A stretch of 61,158 nt of DNA, counting the filler, from Nemertoderma westbladi (taxonomy: Eukaryota; Animalia; Xenacoelomorpha), in the NCBI GenBank assembly GCA_032718475.1. It is 4 parts of 4 records of this genome, joined end to end, with 100 filler letters (N's around TTAATTAATTAA, not from the genome) between each part and the next. Parts side by side here need not be neighbours in the genome. Positions count along the whole stretch, not along the records: positions 36,140 to 54,125 come from JAUCBJ010005062.1; positions 54,226 to 61,158 come from JAUCBJ010000500.1; 2 more parts are not named here. One strand, written 5' to 3'. The position numbers were made by a program, and so were the translations under genes. Positions 49,574 to 60,580 of this stretch are shown piece after piece. The notes under the pieces are model-generated. The model was not told where the DNA came from. It searched no databases and was given only the letters and a program-made list of their open reading frames with translations. Position 1 is the first letter of the stretch. Each line of letters starts with the position of its first letter.

Positions 49574-52500
49574 TAATCAACTGTTATTTGCGTCCAATTT
49601 CCCCTGGAGAGGGATGAATTTTTATTGCGTCCAGTTTACTCCCATATCTGAGGTAAGGAGAACTCTACCAACCTGCCAACAGGGAGTTGTATAAGCGAGA
49701 GCACAATAATACCTTCATTGGGCAGTTCAGCAGTTGGGCACATGTTTGCAAAGTGAAAGTCGGTAATCAGGTAATGACGTCAATGGGATCGGCCTCCACC
49801 TCCAGCACGCTCGCAATTTAATCACATCTGTATTTAAAAAACAGTCGGTTGATCTACTAACAGACTAATACTGCTTTTCGTTTTACCAGAACCCGTGTGG
49901 CGCGCTTTTTGTCAATATTCCATATACAGATATAGGCCTCCACGTTGGAAGTCTGACGCTCTGACCATTCCGCTAGATACTACCTGATCAAGGACTAGGG
50001 GCCTACTGAAGCAAGGACTGGCACACAGTAAATCCAGACTTCGCTAGCGAAGGCCATGTCTGCATGTTGTTTATGTTACAAACCAGATTGAATGATAAAC
50101 ATACACACTCTGGGGTAAAAATTATGTAGAATCTATTTCTTGTATTAGTTTTTCTATTACCTGTTGCTTTCATGTACCGGTATTGCTTTCTATATTTTAA
50201 TGTTTCTTAATACAGTACAGCAGTAATAATGTACCGGTAGCTGTATTATACTGTTGACTTTTATATGGTATAGGGCTGTAGGGCATAGGCCTTGTTCAGG
50301 TAATCCTCCGAAGCGGCGTAGCACAAGCACATACCAACGACATTTCGCCACACAACCAGACAACCGTCAGACCGTAACTATTAATTTGATTTGATTACTA
50401 GTAACTGGCTTGCCGCATAGGCAATGCGACTCGGCGATGACAGGATGACACTATGATGGTTCGCCTATCATCTAAGGGTGAAGGGTAGAAAGCGGTCATC
50501 TGTATCACCCACTGGCAGACTGGCGAGAGTTTCCCGAGGATGTTCCGCACATCAAGGTTGCAACCAACTGTTACACCAAATGAATTTCCCGGAAATGAAG
50601 TACCAGCAACCTGTATAGACCTACAGTACCTTCAACGCCACGCCAAACTCCGTCTGTTGAAGAACGACAGATTAGCTCATTGAACTCGAGGGACTTCTGG
50701 ACTTAGTAGCTGGGTTCGTTGACTGCCTGGGACCAAATAACCAACTGGCCATTGGTCGCAATTGAGAGAAGTTGTGGCAACGGTGAAAAGAGACACAGAT
50801 CCCAGAAGCGCTATAGGGTATTCTATAGCGAACTTATTTTATTTGGAAGGTGTCGACTCTGGGAAATCGAAACACCAGAGTCAGTTGGAGTTTATGACTC
50901 GCCAACTTGAAGTACATTGTTCAAATACATTCTCAACAAAGGTTGATTATATGGTCGCAATCCAAGGCTATCCATTAACCCTATCTGGCTCGGGCCATTT
51001 TACAAAGTAATTGGCCCGGTTAGGGGGGTCATTTTAGAAATTTTTAGATCTTGGCTCAAAAATTACAATTTCGATGGTATAAGGCAGTAAGGGTTTTCGA
51101 GGTCGCTGATCACGATAAAACTTGTTTAAAATATGTTATGGCAATACACAGATACAACCATCATTTTTGGTGCTATTTTGGTCCCCCAAGACGAAAAGTA
51201 CAAGTAGCAAAAAATTTCAAACGTCAAAAATCGAATTTGGTTGGATAATACGATATTTTTGAGTGTCATATTAGTGATCAGCGCCCCAGAAAACCCCTAA
51301 TGTCTAAAAATCAATCAATCTTAAAATCTAAAAATCATAAATAATTTAAATAATACCGTAATGTAATAACGTAACAAAATAACATACCGGTAATACTGTA
51401 ATAAATACCTGCCAACGTAACCAAATAACATACCGGTAATACTGTAATAAATACCTGCCAACGTAACCAAATAACATACCGGTAATACTGTAATAAATAC
51501 CTGACAGCCTGACAGTAATAAAAAGTACAGTATTATATAAAGTGCTAATATAAAATGCCTAAATAATAATAGGCCTATAAAGTAATTATAAAATAATGAA
51601 ATTTGTTGTGCATCTTTAAACAAATAATAAAATAATACATAGAAACTAAATAACGCCACATGCTGACATGCCACCTGATAACGAAGGACTTCAAAAGGAC
51701 ATAACAGCAAAATGAAAGGGACTACATAATTTATAAACACAAAAAATATAGTAAATAATTCATGAAAGCAACAGATAGGCCTAATTGAAAAACTAATACC
51801 AGAAATTGAGAAATAGATTCTACATAATTTGTAAAAGCTTCTGTGGGATACAACTGGCCCCTTTGCTTCGCAATCCAGTTTCCCCCCAGGCGCTGGAATA
51901 CTCTAAAAAAGGTTCTCTAACTGTATATATATTCCCCTCGCCCGCAAGGTACCGTTACAGGTGTTTTAACGGACATAAAAATCATTCTGCTATATACGTG
52001 TTTTGGCGGACATGGTAAGGCAAAAAACCTGTAATGCACCAACTACCTTTCACAGCTTAGCCGTGATGATTCATATTACGACATCTAACAGCTGGTTGCT
52101 GACATGGAAACAGCCATTGGACGCATAGTTCTTTGTTTGGCTTGAGCCAATCAGAGCGATTTTTCCTGTCGACGTGTAGCTTTTCAGCCGATCATAAGGA
52201 GAGTGTTCAGTCTTACTGCCTTACTTGATACTTTGTTGTTATTGCTGTCTAAGCCAGAAACACCGGCTTTTTGGGAAGAACTCTAGTAAACTGCTTAGAT
52301 TATAGAAAGTATAACTGTTACCGGCGGCGGTGTTACCTCACTTAATTTAACTGCACTAATCATATTGTTTGTACTGCTATTTACCGTCAGTTATTAATTG
52401 TATCTATTTGTTGATGGAAATATTGCTCTTTGGAGAATACGGATAAATCACCCAAAATTCCCAATTTTCTTGATACACTACAGGTTAGAGAGGCGGGCTA

Positions 52501-52881
52501 TATATAACAATTGCGATTTATATCAATGTGGTGTGTATTGAATCTAATGTTATTTAGTAGACACTACCTGAGTCAATTGCTGTTCTCTTTATGTGTGATC
52601 AAATATACTGACGGTCGGCAGAATAGTGTGCATGATTGTGAGTGTGATGTGACTGGTAACAAAGCATTTCCTAAAGAATGCGACTTATACTTTAATCATA
52701 AGCCTTATCGTTGCGTTTAGTATAAGTCCTAGCTCTGTTTAAATAGATAGAGCGCCACGTCCTAAAGGAACTGTTAATATTTCCCGAAAGTTAATAATAT
52801 CTGTCAGAAATTACATATTAGTGATCTATCGAATAATACAATAGGTTTACACTGCAACCTTACACTGCAATAATAAAATCT

Positions 52882-53065
52882 AAGCATCCGAATTCAGCCT
52901 CCCGGGTGTAGATCCATCGGGTGAATGATCGCGCATGGGCTGGCTTCGGCTAATGTTTTGCGTATTAGCATCAAATATTGTCGTATGCTAAAGGTGTGTT
53001 AATTAACTAAAAGACATATAAATTTTGGCAGGTTAAACTGCTAAAGGTCTTCAAAAGCGCGAACA
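52882..53065 (+). ncRNA. Unidentified structured RNA-like element, copy A
   Basis: Conserved stems with compensatory and G-U changes relative to 54318-54500. Confidence 0.5.
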
Positions 53066-54125
53066 GTAACAGTTATAATCTTGTTGCAGTAGGCAATAAG
53101 GTTGCAAGTGTAGGCATTAAATACAGTTTAATACTGTTCTGGCGAACAGTAACAGTTACTTTGTATTGCAGTGTAAGCATTAAATACAGTTTAATACTGT
53201 TCTGTCGAACAGTAACAGTTTATAATCTTATTGCAGTAGGCAATAAGGTTGCAAGTGTAGGCATTAAATACAGTTTAATACTGTTCTGGCGAACAGTAAC
53301 GGTTTACAATCTTATTGCAGTAGGCAATAAGGTTGCAAAATACCGTAGTGACTGGTAAAATTGAACCGGTACTTTGTAGGTCAGTAGGCCTAATTGTCAT
53401 CACCGGTACCGGTACTGCTGTACAAGTACATTTAGTATTATTCGATTTTGATTATTGTATACCGGTAGGTCTTAGTACTTAATCAGGGACTGCAGCCCTG
53501 AATTTTTATTGAGATTTTATCTATTTCTGTCGGTTTTATTTTCTAGTAGGCTAATATTGAGCAGAAGGCGTGTGACCCTGCTCAGATTGTTCAGATAATT
53601 GTAGGCTGAGCTGCTGTCTGACTGTTGTTGAGTTTGGAGAGATTACGGCGTGTGTAGAGTTTGTCTGATAAAGTGCCGTTAGTAAGTTGGGGCAGCCATA
53701 TGCTGAAGGTCAATCCCCTCTTAAAGAATAAGTCGTACTACCGTGTTAGAACGCATACTAACTAACAGTTTCAGAATCTGCATATACTGTAGTTTATTTA
53801 GGCTTGATCGTAGTCTGCCAGTGTTTTAGCCTGTGTTTGTTTGTGTGGTCTGTTCAGGTACCGTAATAGTTATTACTCAGATATTTTGTAGGCTGGATTG
53901 TTGTCTAGCTATTATTAGGTCTGAAGAGATTGCTGCGTGTGTAGAGTTTGTCTGATAAAGCTCCGTTAGTAAGTTGGGGCAGCCATAGCGGTAAGGTCAA
54001 TCCCCTCTTAAAGAATAAGTCGTACTACCGTGTTAGAACGCATACTAACTAACTATTTCAGAATCTACACGTACGGTAGTTTATTTAGGCTTGGTGGTAG
54101 TCTGCCAGCGTTTTGGTTTGTATTT
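53059..54125. repeat. Tandem repeats: ~50-65-bp units (53059-53340) and a ~288-bp-period duplication (53648 and 53935)
   Basis: CGAACAGTAAC.GTT units; GCGTGTGTAGAGTTTGTCTGATAAAG... occurs twice. Confidence 0.8.
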
Positions 54126-54225
54126 NNNNNNNNNNNNNNNNNNNNNNNNNNNNNNNNNNNNNNNNNNNNTTAATTAATTAANNNNNNNNNNNNNNNNNNN
54201 NNNNNNNNNNNNNNNNNNNNNNNNN
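54126..54225. other. Artificial contig-join spacer
   Basis: N-run, TTAATTAATTAA, N-run. Confidence 0.97.
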
Positions 54226-54258
54226 GATAAATCGGGATCCCTCCTGGATCCCGTCACA
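54226..54258 (+). mobile_element. 3' tip of another BEL-family LTR
   Basis: GATAAATCGGGATCC..GGATCCCGTCACA, as at 13582-13613. Confidence 0.75.
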
Positions 54259-54317
54259 GAGATTATATATTAACGATCAATCGAATAGTACGGTAGGCCT
54301 GCACCGCAATCAAATTA

Positions 54318-54500
54318 AAGCATCCGAATCCAGTCTCCCGGGTATATCCAGCGGGTGAATGGTCGCGCACAGACTGGCTTCGGCTAATGTTAGAATTATT
54401 ATAGGTGTTCAATACTTGTCCTAGGCTAAAGTAGATTTATAACCTAGAAGACATATAGATTTGGCGGGTTAAACTGCCAAAGGTCTTAAAAGCGCGAACA
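54318..54500 (+). ncRNA. Unidentified structured RNA-like element, copy B
   Basis: Homolog of 52882-53065 with covarying stems. Confidence 0.5.
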
Positions 54501-54531
54501 ATTGGCAACTATTTCGATTGGTTTCGGCTCT

Positions 54532-54860
54532 TCAGTCCCCGACTAGACCGATGGTCGGCGTGGTTGGTGTCCCCAGGACTGAGGCTGCATTACCAACCAA
54601 AATTGCCATCTCCAGGCGCTGGAACAGAAACTGGTGTGACCGCGGCTCGTGGATGGCACTGTGGAGACGAGCCCCGATCTCCCGGAGGAAGGTGGATGTC
54701 TCTGGACCAGGGCGGCCAAAGGTATCAAAGGCCACGGGGTGAAAGAAATGGTCCCGGTCCATTAGGTCGCGATACTTAGAGTTTTTAATGCGCTCCGCCC
54801 CCCTCAGCTGAGTGCCCCCCGGCAATGATGGTTTGTTGAAGGTGGCTGGGGGCCAGTGGA
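54532..54860 (-). mobile_element. CRE-clade non-LTR retrotransposon, restriction-like endonuclease C-terminus fragment
   Basis: AERIKNSKY..FHPVAFDTFG..G..FLREIG.RL...FLFQRLEMAILVGNAASVLGT. Confidence 0.75.
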
Positions 54861-56055
54861 TCTAGTAATAATTAACGCAAAGATATGATTCGGTAGGCCT
54901 ATGTGATATTAGTTTCTCAAACCAAACCTATCCATCCATTGACGTCCAAATATATCCAATTTCTCAATCCATACTAATCAGCTAATCCGTATGTAATAAT
55001 GTACACTGTAATGCAATACCGGTAATGTCAATGTCCAACCAAACAATACAGCAATGCGTCGAGTGTTATCGGACCAGCCTCCGAGAAATATTAGGCTAAC
55101 TGTACCTCGCTCTGTCGCATCAGTTTTTGTAGTGGTCTAGTTCCAGGCTACCAGAATCCGTTAGGCATGGTTCATGATATAGAATCAGCACATCCTGACA
55201 TCTGTGCAATTCCTGAACTCAGGCGAGCATTTTACAGATGGATGGTGGTCTAATTTATATGGTCTTGTACCGCGAAACCGTGTATTATTTACAGATGTAG
55301 GCTAAATTTCGGGTATGTACCGTGCACAGTACTGGTGGGCCTACACAGCTACTGCTATTTTGCGTAATACAGGTCCCAGAGGTAAATCCTTACCCCACGG
55401 GCTGTTACCTCTCTGACTGACAGCGCAACAGCCCTCTCTCTTAAGTAGGCCTCTAAGTACGCTTTTAAGTACTGAAGTAGGCCTACCTGTCTTCAGTCTG
55501 CATGTGTGCTGTCTTACTGGTCCGCAATGCCTAATCTTTAAAATCACATACGGATTATTCTCCATAGGAATCCATTACATACCCGTGCGTATGTGCATAC
55601 GGATACGGCAAATGCATACGGATACGGTTACGGCGAAAAGTTATTTACCCGCCATTTTTTAGATAAATTCGAGGAGCCTATCCTAGGTAGTAGCCTGATA
55701 ATGAGCCTGCTAAGTAAAAGAAGCACAAACTGTAGTTCAAACTATACTGTCAGTGACTGAGCATATGAACAAGTTCAATTCAAACTATAATAGTATATAC
55801 TATGAAGTATGTATTATGAGCTACCCTAGTAACTACCTAGTACGAACTAAGCATACGGCCCCAGGTGTTTCCAGCTGTTTCGAGGTGTTTCAGATTTTTG
55901 TACGTACCGATAGGCTACAAAACCTACTACAGTACATACGTTAAAGTTGGTCCACTCTGTCGGACTCGGACAGTAACGGTAGGCCTACTAAGAAAGAAGA
56001 GTAAAACCCCAAAACCTCTGCTATTGGCAAAGCTGTATTTGTTCGAGTTCGACCG

Positions 56056-56733
56056 ATGGATAGATCTCGTAGATGGTTTCAATGCAATTACTGCGGCCAT
56101 TCGTATAATAATTATATACAACATTATTTAAACGAATGCCATAATCTTCCAAAGCACTACAGCTGCGATGTCAAAAAATATGAGTGCATCGAATGCAATA
56201 AATCATATTCAAGGAAAGGTCACCTTAAGACGCATTTAAGGAGCATTCACGAAGGGGTTATATTCGAATGCTCCGAATGTGATAAGAGATTCGCCTTAAT
56301 TTCCTCACTTAAGAGGCATACTAAATCAGTCCATGAAGAATTCAAGTACAATTGTGATCAATGTAGCAAATCGTTTACGAGGAATGATCTGTTAAAGAAT
56401 CATAAGAAGTCGGACCACCAAGGTGTCATCGCAAGTCATGTGTGCGCGAAGTGCGGAAAGTCATTTACTCGGAAAGGTTACCGGAACAAGCACATGGAAT
56501 CGTGTAAAGGAATTATCCGCAAGGAATATCTAAAAGGCGACGTGAAAAGCAGCAACAAAGATAACAAATACGAGTGCAGCTTGTGCGACAAAAAATATTC
56601 TTCAAATAGTCATCTAAAGGCTCATTTCAAGACAATCCACAAAGAAGGCACGAAATTTGATTGCGCTGATTGTGATAAGACATTTACTCTACAAAGCTCC
56701 CTTACTAGACATGTAAAGTCTGTTCACCTTTAA
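56056..56733 (+). CDS. C2H2 zinc-finger protein (~7 fingers)
   Basis: Repeated CxxC-x12-HxxxxH, e.g. CIECNKSYSRKGHLKTHLRSIH; upstream exons possible. Confidence 0.85.
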   Translation: MDRSRRWFQCNYCGHSYNNYIQHYLNECHNLPKHYSCDVKKYECIECNKSYSRKGHLKTHLRSIHEGVIFECSECDKRFALISSLKRHTKSVHEEFKYNCDQCSKSFTRNDLLKNHKKSDHQGVIASHVCAKCGKSFTRKGYRNKHMESCKGIIRKEYLKGDVKSSNKDNKYECSLCDKKYSSNSHLKAHFKTIHKEGTKFDCADCDKTFTLQSSLTRHVKSVHL

Positions 56734-57754
56734 GTTAATAAGGATTAACAATGTGAACTTTTACATAAATCATAATTATTTACTATTTGTTTCATTGTAT
56801 TCATAATTTAGCATATTGCATGAGACCAGTAAGTTCACGTCGTTAATACAATATTGACAAATAGACACAAGAAGTGCACCTTGTGGTAATTATTTACATA
56901 CTTCTACTTATGGTATATTGTGCTGTTCTAACGGTTTATTACCCGGCCGATCTTAGTAAGATAATGAAAATGCGCTACTGGAGTCAGAACACTATAACGT
57001 CCCATCTCGGCGAATTGATATCAATGTTAAATTATAAATTAATGGAAATGTGGTTACAGTAGCTCGTTATTCTAACCAAAACAATAAAACAAATTCAACA
57101 GGTGAGAATTTTATATTGGAGTGTATTCAGATGTCATTTACATAGGCACATATTGAGTTAGAACGATTTTCAAAAGGAAAATTTGCAACATAGAAAAATC
57201 AGGCCGTTTCAGAAACTTGCGCATACACAGCGCAACAGCAGTCAAGCGCAGTTGATTGTCTTATATAAAGTATAATATTGCAGTTTCTAAAATAAATAGC
57301 AAAAAATTAATGTTGCTAATTGTAGTATTTTTTACTTTGATGTCTATTTGTGTTGTGTCAAGAAAGCGCTTATGATTAGTGACGCAAAGGGATTGAAGAA
57401 TGGGCCCATGTGAAGTATACCAGATTTCTGCAGTATAACCCCAGTGAAGAATACCAGGTTTTCACTAAAAACCAGGTTACAGAAGGACTGAATATAACCA
57501 AAACAATAAATGAATTAATAGTACCTGTATCACTTAGTAAGGAGAATTTAAAAAATACAAATTCTTCATATATAATATTTAAATATAATAGGGTTGGTGC
57601 GCGAAAAAAATGTTGGGATAAAAACAATTAAATAAGGGATAACAAGGTGCCCTGAATCGAGTGACGGGGTGTGTTCTTTGTAAAAACACGAAGAAACGGT
57701 CGAAATGGCGGGTTTAAGTAGGCAAGGGAAGCCTATTTAAAAATCGGCTGTCGA

Positions 57755-57980
57755 GACAGGGGGGGGGGGGGGACTCGACGCAAATCCCATCTTGGCGAAT
57801 TAATATCCCGCCTCAATGTTAAATTCTCAATTTAGGGAAAGGAGCAGGTTACAGTGGCACGTTATTTTAACCAAAACAATAAACTAAACACAATAGAACA
57901 GGTTACAGTTTTATTTTTGAGAGTAATCAGCTGTTATTTGCGTCTAATGTCCCCTGGAGAGGGATGAATTTTTATTGCGT
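57755..57980 (+). repeat. Third copy of the dispersed repeat targeted by the 1.7-kb element (empty TA site at 57924)
   Basis: Homologous to 47715-47866 plus 49574-49630, and to 41660-41865 (reverse). Confidence 0.85.
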
Positions 57981-58393
57981 AGATTATTATTATTATTATT
58001 TTTAGCGAAAAATATCAACCGGTCCTATTGGGGCTTGAACCCGGTACCTAGGTTTCAAAATTCTGGTTATCATCAGCCGGGTGAGTGTACTGAGTTACTA
58101 GGCCGGATGAATATTTCGATATGGAGTGGAAGATCATATTAAGGCCATACAATCACTCAAAGGAAAGTACAACTTGGATTAGGTGACATCATAAACCCTT
58201 ATCCCCAATAAATCAGTTATATAAACTATTGCGGTTTTTAAACTAAAACAAACTGTAAATTAATTACACCTAAAATCAATACAACAATCCCAATGTTGAA
58301 AACTCTTAATAATATCAGCTAAAATAAATGTATACAGTCGAATTCTAGCGATATTAAAATACTCCATATGCTATAAATTACAGTTTTATATAA

Positions 58394-59992
58394 TTAATTA
58401 TCTAAATTTTTATTATTAAATGAATCTATTAATAACTTCTTATTAACTTTACCAGTTGCTAACAAAGGTAATTCTTCAATGATTTCAACCAACTCTGGAA
58501 TCTTATACTGCGAAATTTTCCCATCCAAGAAATCCTTAACCATACTCGGAGTCACTATGCAATCCGGTTTAGTCTCTATGGCAGCCGCAACTCTCTCTCC
58601 CAAGCGGTGGTCCTTCACCCCGAATACCACAACCTTTTTCACTCCGGGGTGGGTCAGCAGAACATCTTCGATTTCAAACCCATAGATATTTTGCCCCCCG
58701 CGGATTATAATGTCTTTTATTCTCCCTGTTACTTTTATATATCCCTCCTTATTCATTAGCCCCAGATCACCCGTGGAATACCAACCCGATCTACTCAGCA
58801 CCTCATTGGTTTTCTTCACGTCGTCAAGGTAACCACGAGTAACACAAGGGCCCCTCACAAGTATCTCTCCTATCTGATTGGTTGGCTGCAATCTACCACT
58901 CCCCGTATCAACCACTTTAATTTCATAGTTATCTACGGCTAGACCTGTGTATTCTGTATTTAACTTGATATCGTCTTTAGGATCGCAAAGAACTTTAAGC
59001 AAAGCTTCGGTAGAGCCGTAAAGATTGCAGTAGTTACTAACACCCAGGGTCTCTAGGATATGTTTAACATCACTCGCAGTAGCCATGGCACCACCGCTAA
59101 CAACATATCTCAAAGAAGACAGATCGAAGTTCTGGTGTTCCTTGACGCTGCACATATCCTGGAACATCGTAGGGGTTCCGTAAACGAGCTCGCAACGGTA
59201 TCGTTCCACCGCAAGCAGAGCTTTACCTGGGCTGAATCGCCGCGCCGGCACCACCATTGTACCACCGTTAACAACACCCTGCACCAGACCCATAATCGTA
59301 CCGTACGCGTGAAAAAACTGAACCAACAGTCCTTGCACCACGCCCCCAGCGGCCGCCATCCGCAACCGAGTCCCCGCTGCTACGGCGTTGTTTACTATCG
59401 CTAGGTTACTGGTAGTTACCGCTTTCGGTAGACCCGTCGTCCCAGAGGTAAAAGCTATTGAAAAGGTGTCATCTATTCTAACTTTTTTCGCGACGTTATT
59501 TATAAATTCTTCAGCTTCTGCAGCGCTTCCCGTGTTGCTGACGTCACCCAGAGTGAGCGCACCATCTATGCTGGAAACAGTATCCATGGAGATGACCAAT
59601 CGGAGATCCGGAGCGGCACCATATCGTACAACCTTCTGGGCCGACCATCGAAGTTCGGGACACATCGAGGAGACAATCTCGGGGTAATTCGGCCCTTTGG
59701 GGTCGCCACCATCGAATATCAATACTTTGGCTTTGGATTTACGTAAAGCGTTCTCTAGCTCTGTTTGTGTCGACGCCATGTTTACGCAGACTATTGGCAT
59801 GGCCAGGGCGTTAGCAGCACAGGCCGCGACCAGCCATTCGCGGGTACTTGGTCCGTATATGGCCAAAGGGTCACCTGGCCGGCAACCTAGGGACGCCAAT
59901 CCCCGTGCCGTCGCCATGGTTTCCTGGTACAGCTGGCCATATGTGATATGCTCGTCGGACTCTTGGAATATAAATGAAAGTTTATCAGGTGT
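58394..59992 (-). CDS. ACSF2: ACSF2-like mitochondrial acyl-CoA ligase, exon 2
   Basis: AMP-binding motifs FTSGTTGLPK, YGSTE, STGDLG, GRIKDIIIRGGQNI, TGKVNK; acceptor TCCCTCAG at 59993-60000 in frame with the ORF. Confidence 0.85.
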   Translation of the reverse strand, partial: TPDKLSFIFQESDEHITYGQLYQETMATARGLASLGCRPGDPLAIYGPSTREWLVAACAANALAMPIVCVNMASTQTELENALRKSKAKVLIFDGGDPKGPNYPEIVSSMCPELRWSAQKVVRYGAAPDLRLVISMDTVSSIDGALTLGDVSNTGSAAEAEEFINNVAKKVRIDDTFSIAFTSGTTGLPKAVTTSNLAIVNNAVAAGTRLRMAAAGGVVQGLLVQFFHAYGTIMGLVQGVVNGGTMVVPARRFSPGKALLAVERYRCELVYGTPTMFQDMCSVKEHQNFDLSSLRYVVSGGAMATASDVKHILETLGVSNYCNLYGSTEALLKVLCDPKDDIKLNTEYTGLAVDNYEIKVVDTGSGRLQPTNQIGEILVRGPCVTRGYLDDVKKTNEVLSRSGWYSTGDLGLMNKEGYIKVTGRIKDIIIRGGQNIYGFEIEDVLLTHPGVKKVVVFGVKDHRLGERVAAAIETKPDCIVTPSMVKDFLDGKISQYKIPELVEIIEELPLLATGKVNKKLLIDSFNNKNLDN

Positions 59993-60382
59993 CTGAGGGA
60001 AGATGGGAGAGGTTCCTTATACTCCATTTTATTGGCAGCTAGTAAATAATTCTTAATAAAATCAGCAATATTCTTAGTTATTTAAAGGTCGTATTAGTAT
60101 TTGAATAACAATAATCATTTATACTATTTTTCACTTTACGATTTGGCAAAACAATTTATATAATCTTTGTTTAAATTTGGTAATCTTAGTTGCAATTTAA
60201 AGAAATAGTTAGATACCTGTAATTAATTTAAAAAAAAATTGAAACTTTAACCAATAAATGGAAAAATTAATATTATACCGGTAAAAATAACCTGAGAAGT
60301 AAAAAAAAGTCTGACACAAACTCGTTTGGTTAAACAGAAATTGAAAAAAAGAGAATGTGCCAAGGGAATTAGAACCACTCAC

Positions 60383-60580
60383 ATTATCAGCTCTGATCCG
60401 AAGGTAGTCAGACAGTGTGTAGGAGGTTAGGGGAGTGTTGGTAGGAGCATGGGTGTAAGAAACTGAACCCAGGTTTACTGATCCCATGTACCGGTATACA
60501 GGTACCAAACGCAAATGCTTCAATTTCATATGAGACCCCGAGATGTTCAGCGGACGTCTAAGGAATATTTTCAGAGCCAT
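60383..60580 (-). CDS. ACSF2: ACSF2-like exon 1 (transit peptide plus SYTH..PL..TL..L)
   Basis: ATG 60580; donor GTGAGT at 60382; phase-0 390-bp intron; spliced product 598 aa. Confidence 0.8.

Larger units (their letters stand above)
46745..51830 (-). repeat. Right arm of the inverted duplication (source locus with intact MRPL28)
   Basis: Reverse complement of 39458-42838 plus the insert at 47867-49573. Confidence 0.95.

Noticed and set aside
52882-52960. HDV-like ribozyme suggested by a stem followed by GGCTAAT
   Set aside because: No conserved P1/P3/L3/P1.1 elements upstream in either copy.
58019-58107. tRNA-like sequence (B-box GGTTCAAGCC on minus); similar head at ~41304-41350
   Set aside because: No convincing cloverleaf; more likely decayed SINE heads than tRNA genes.
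60209-60382. 3' part of the 123-aa ORF
   Set aside because: Read-through into the ACSF2 intron past the GTGAGT donor.
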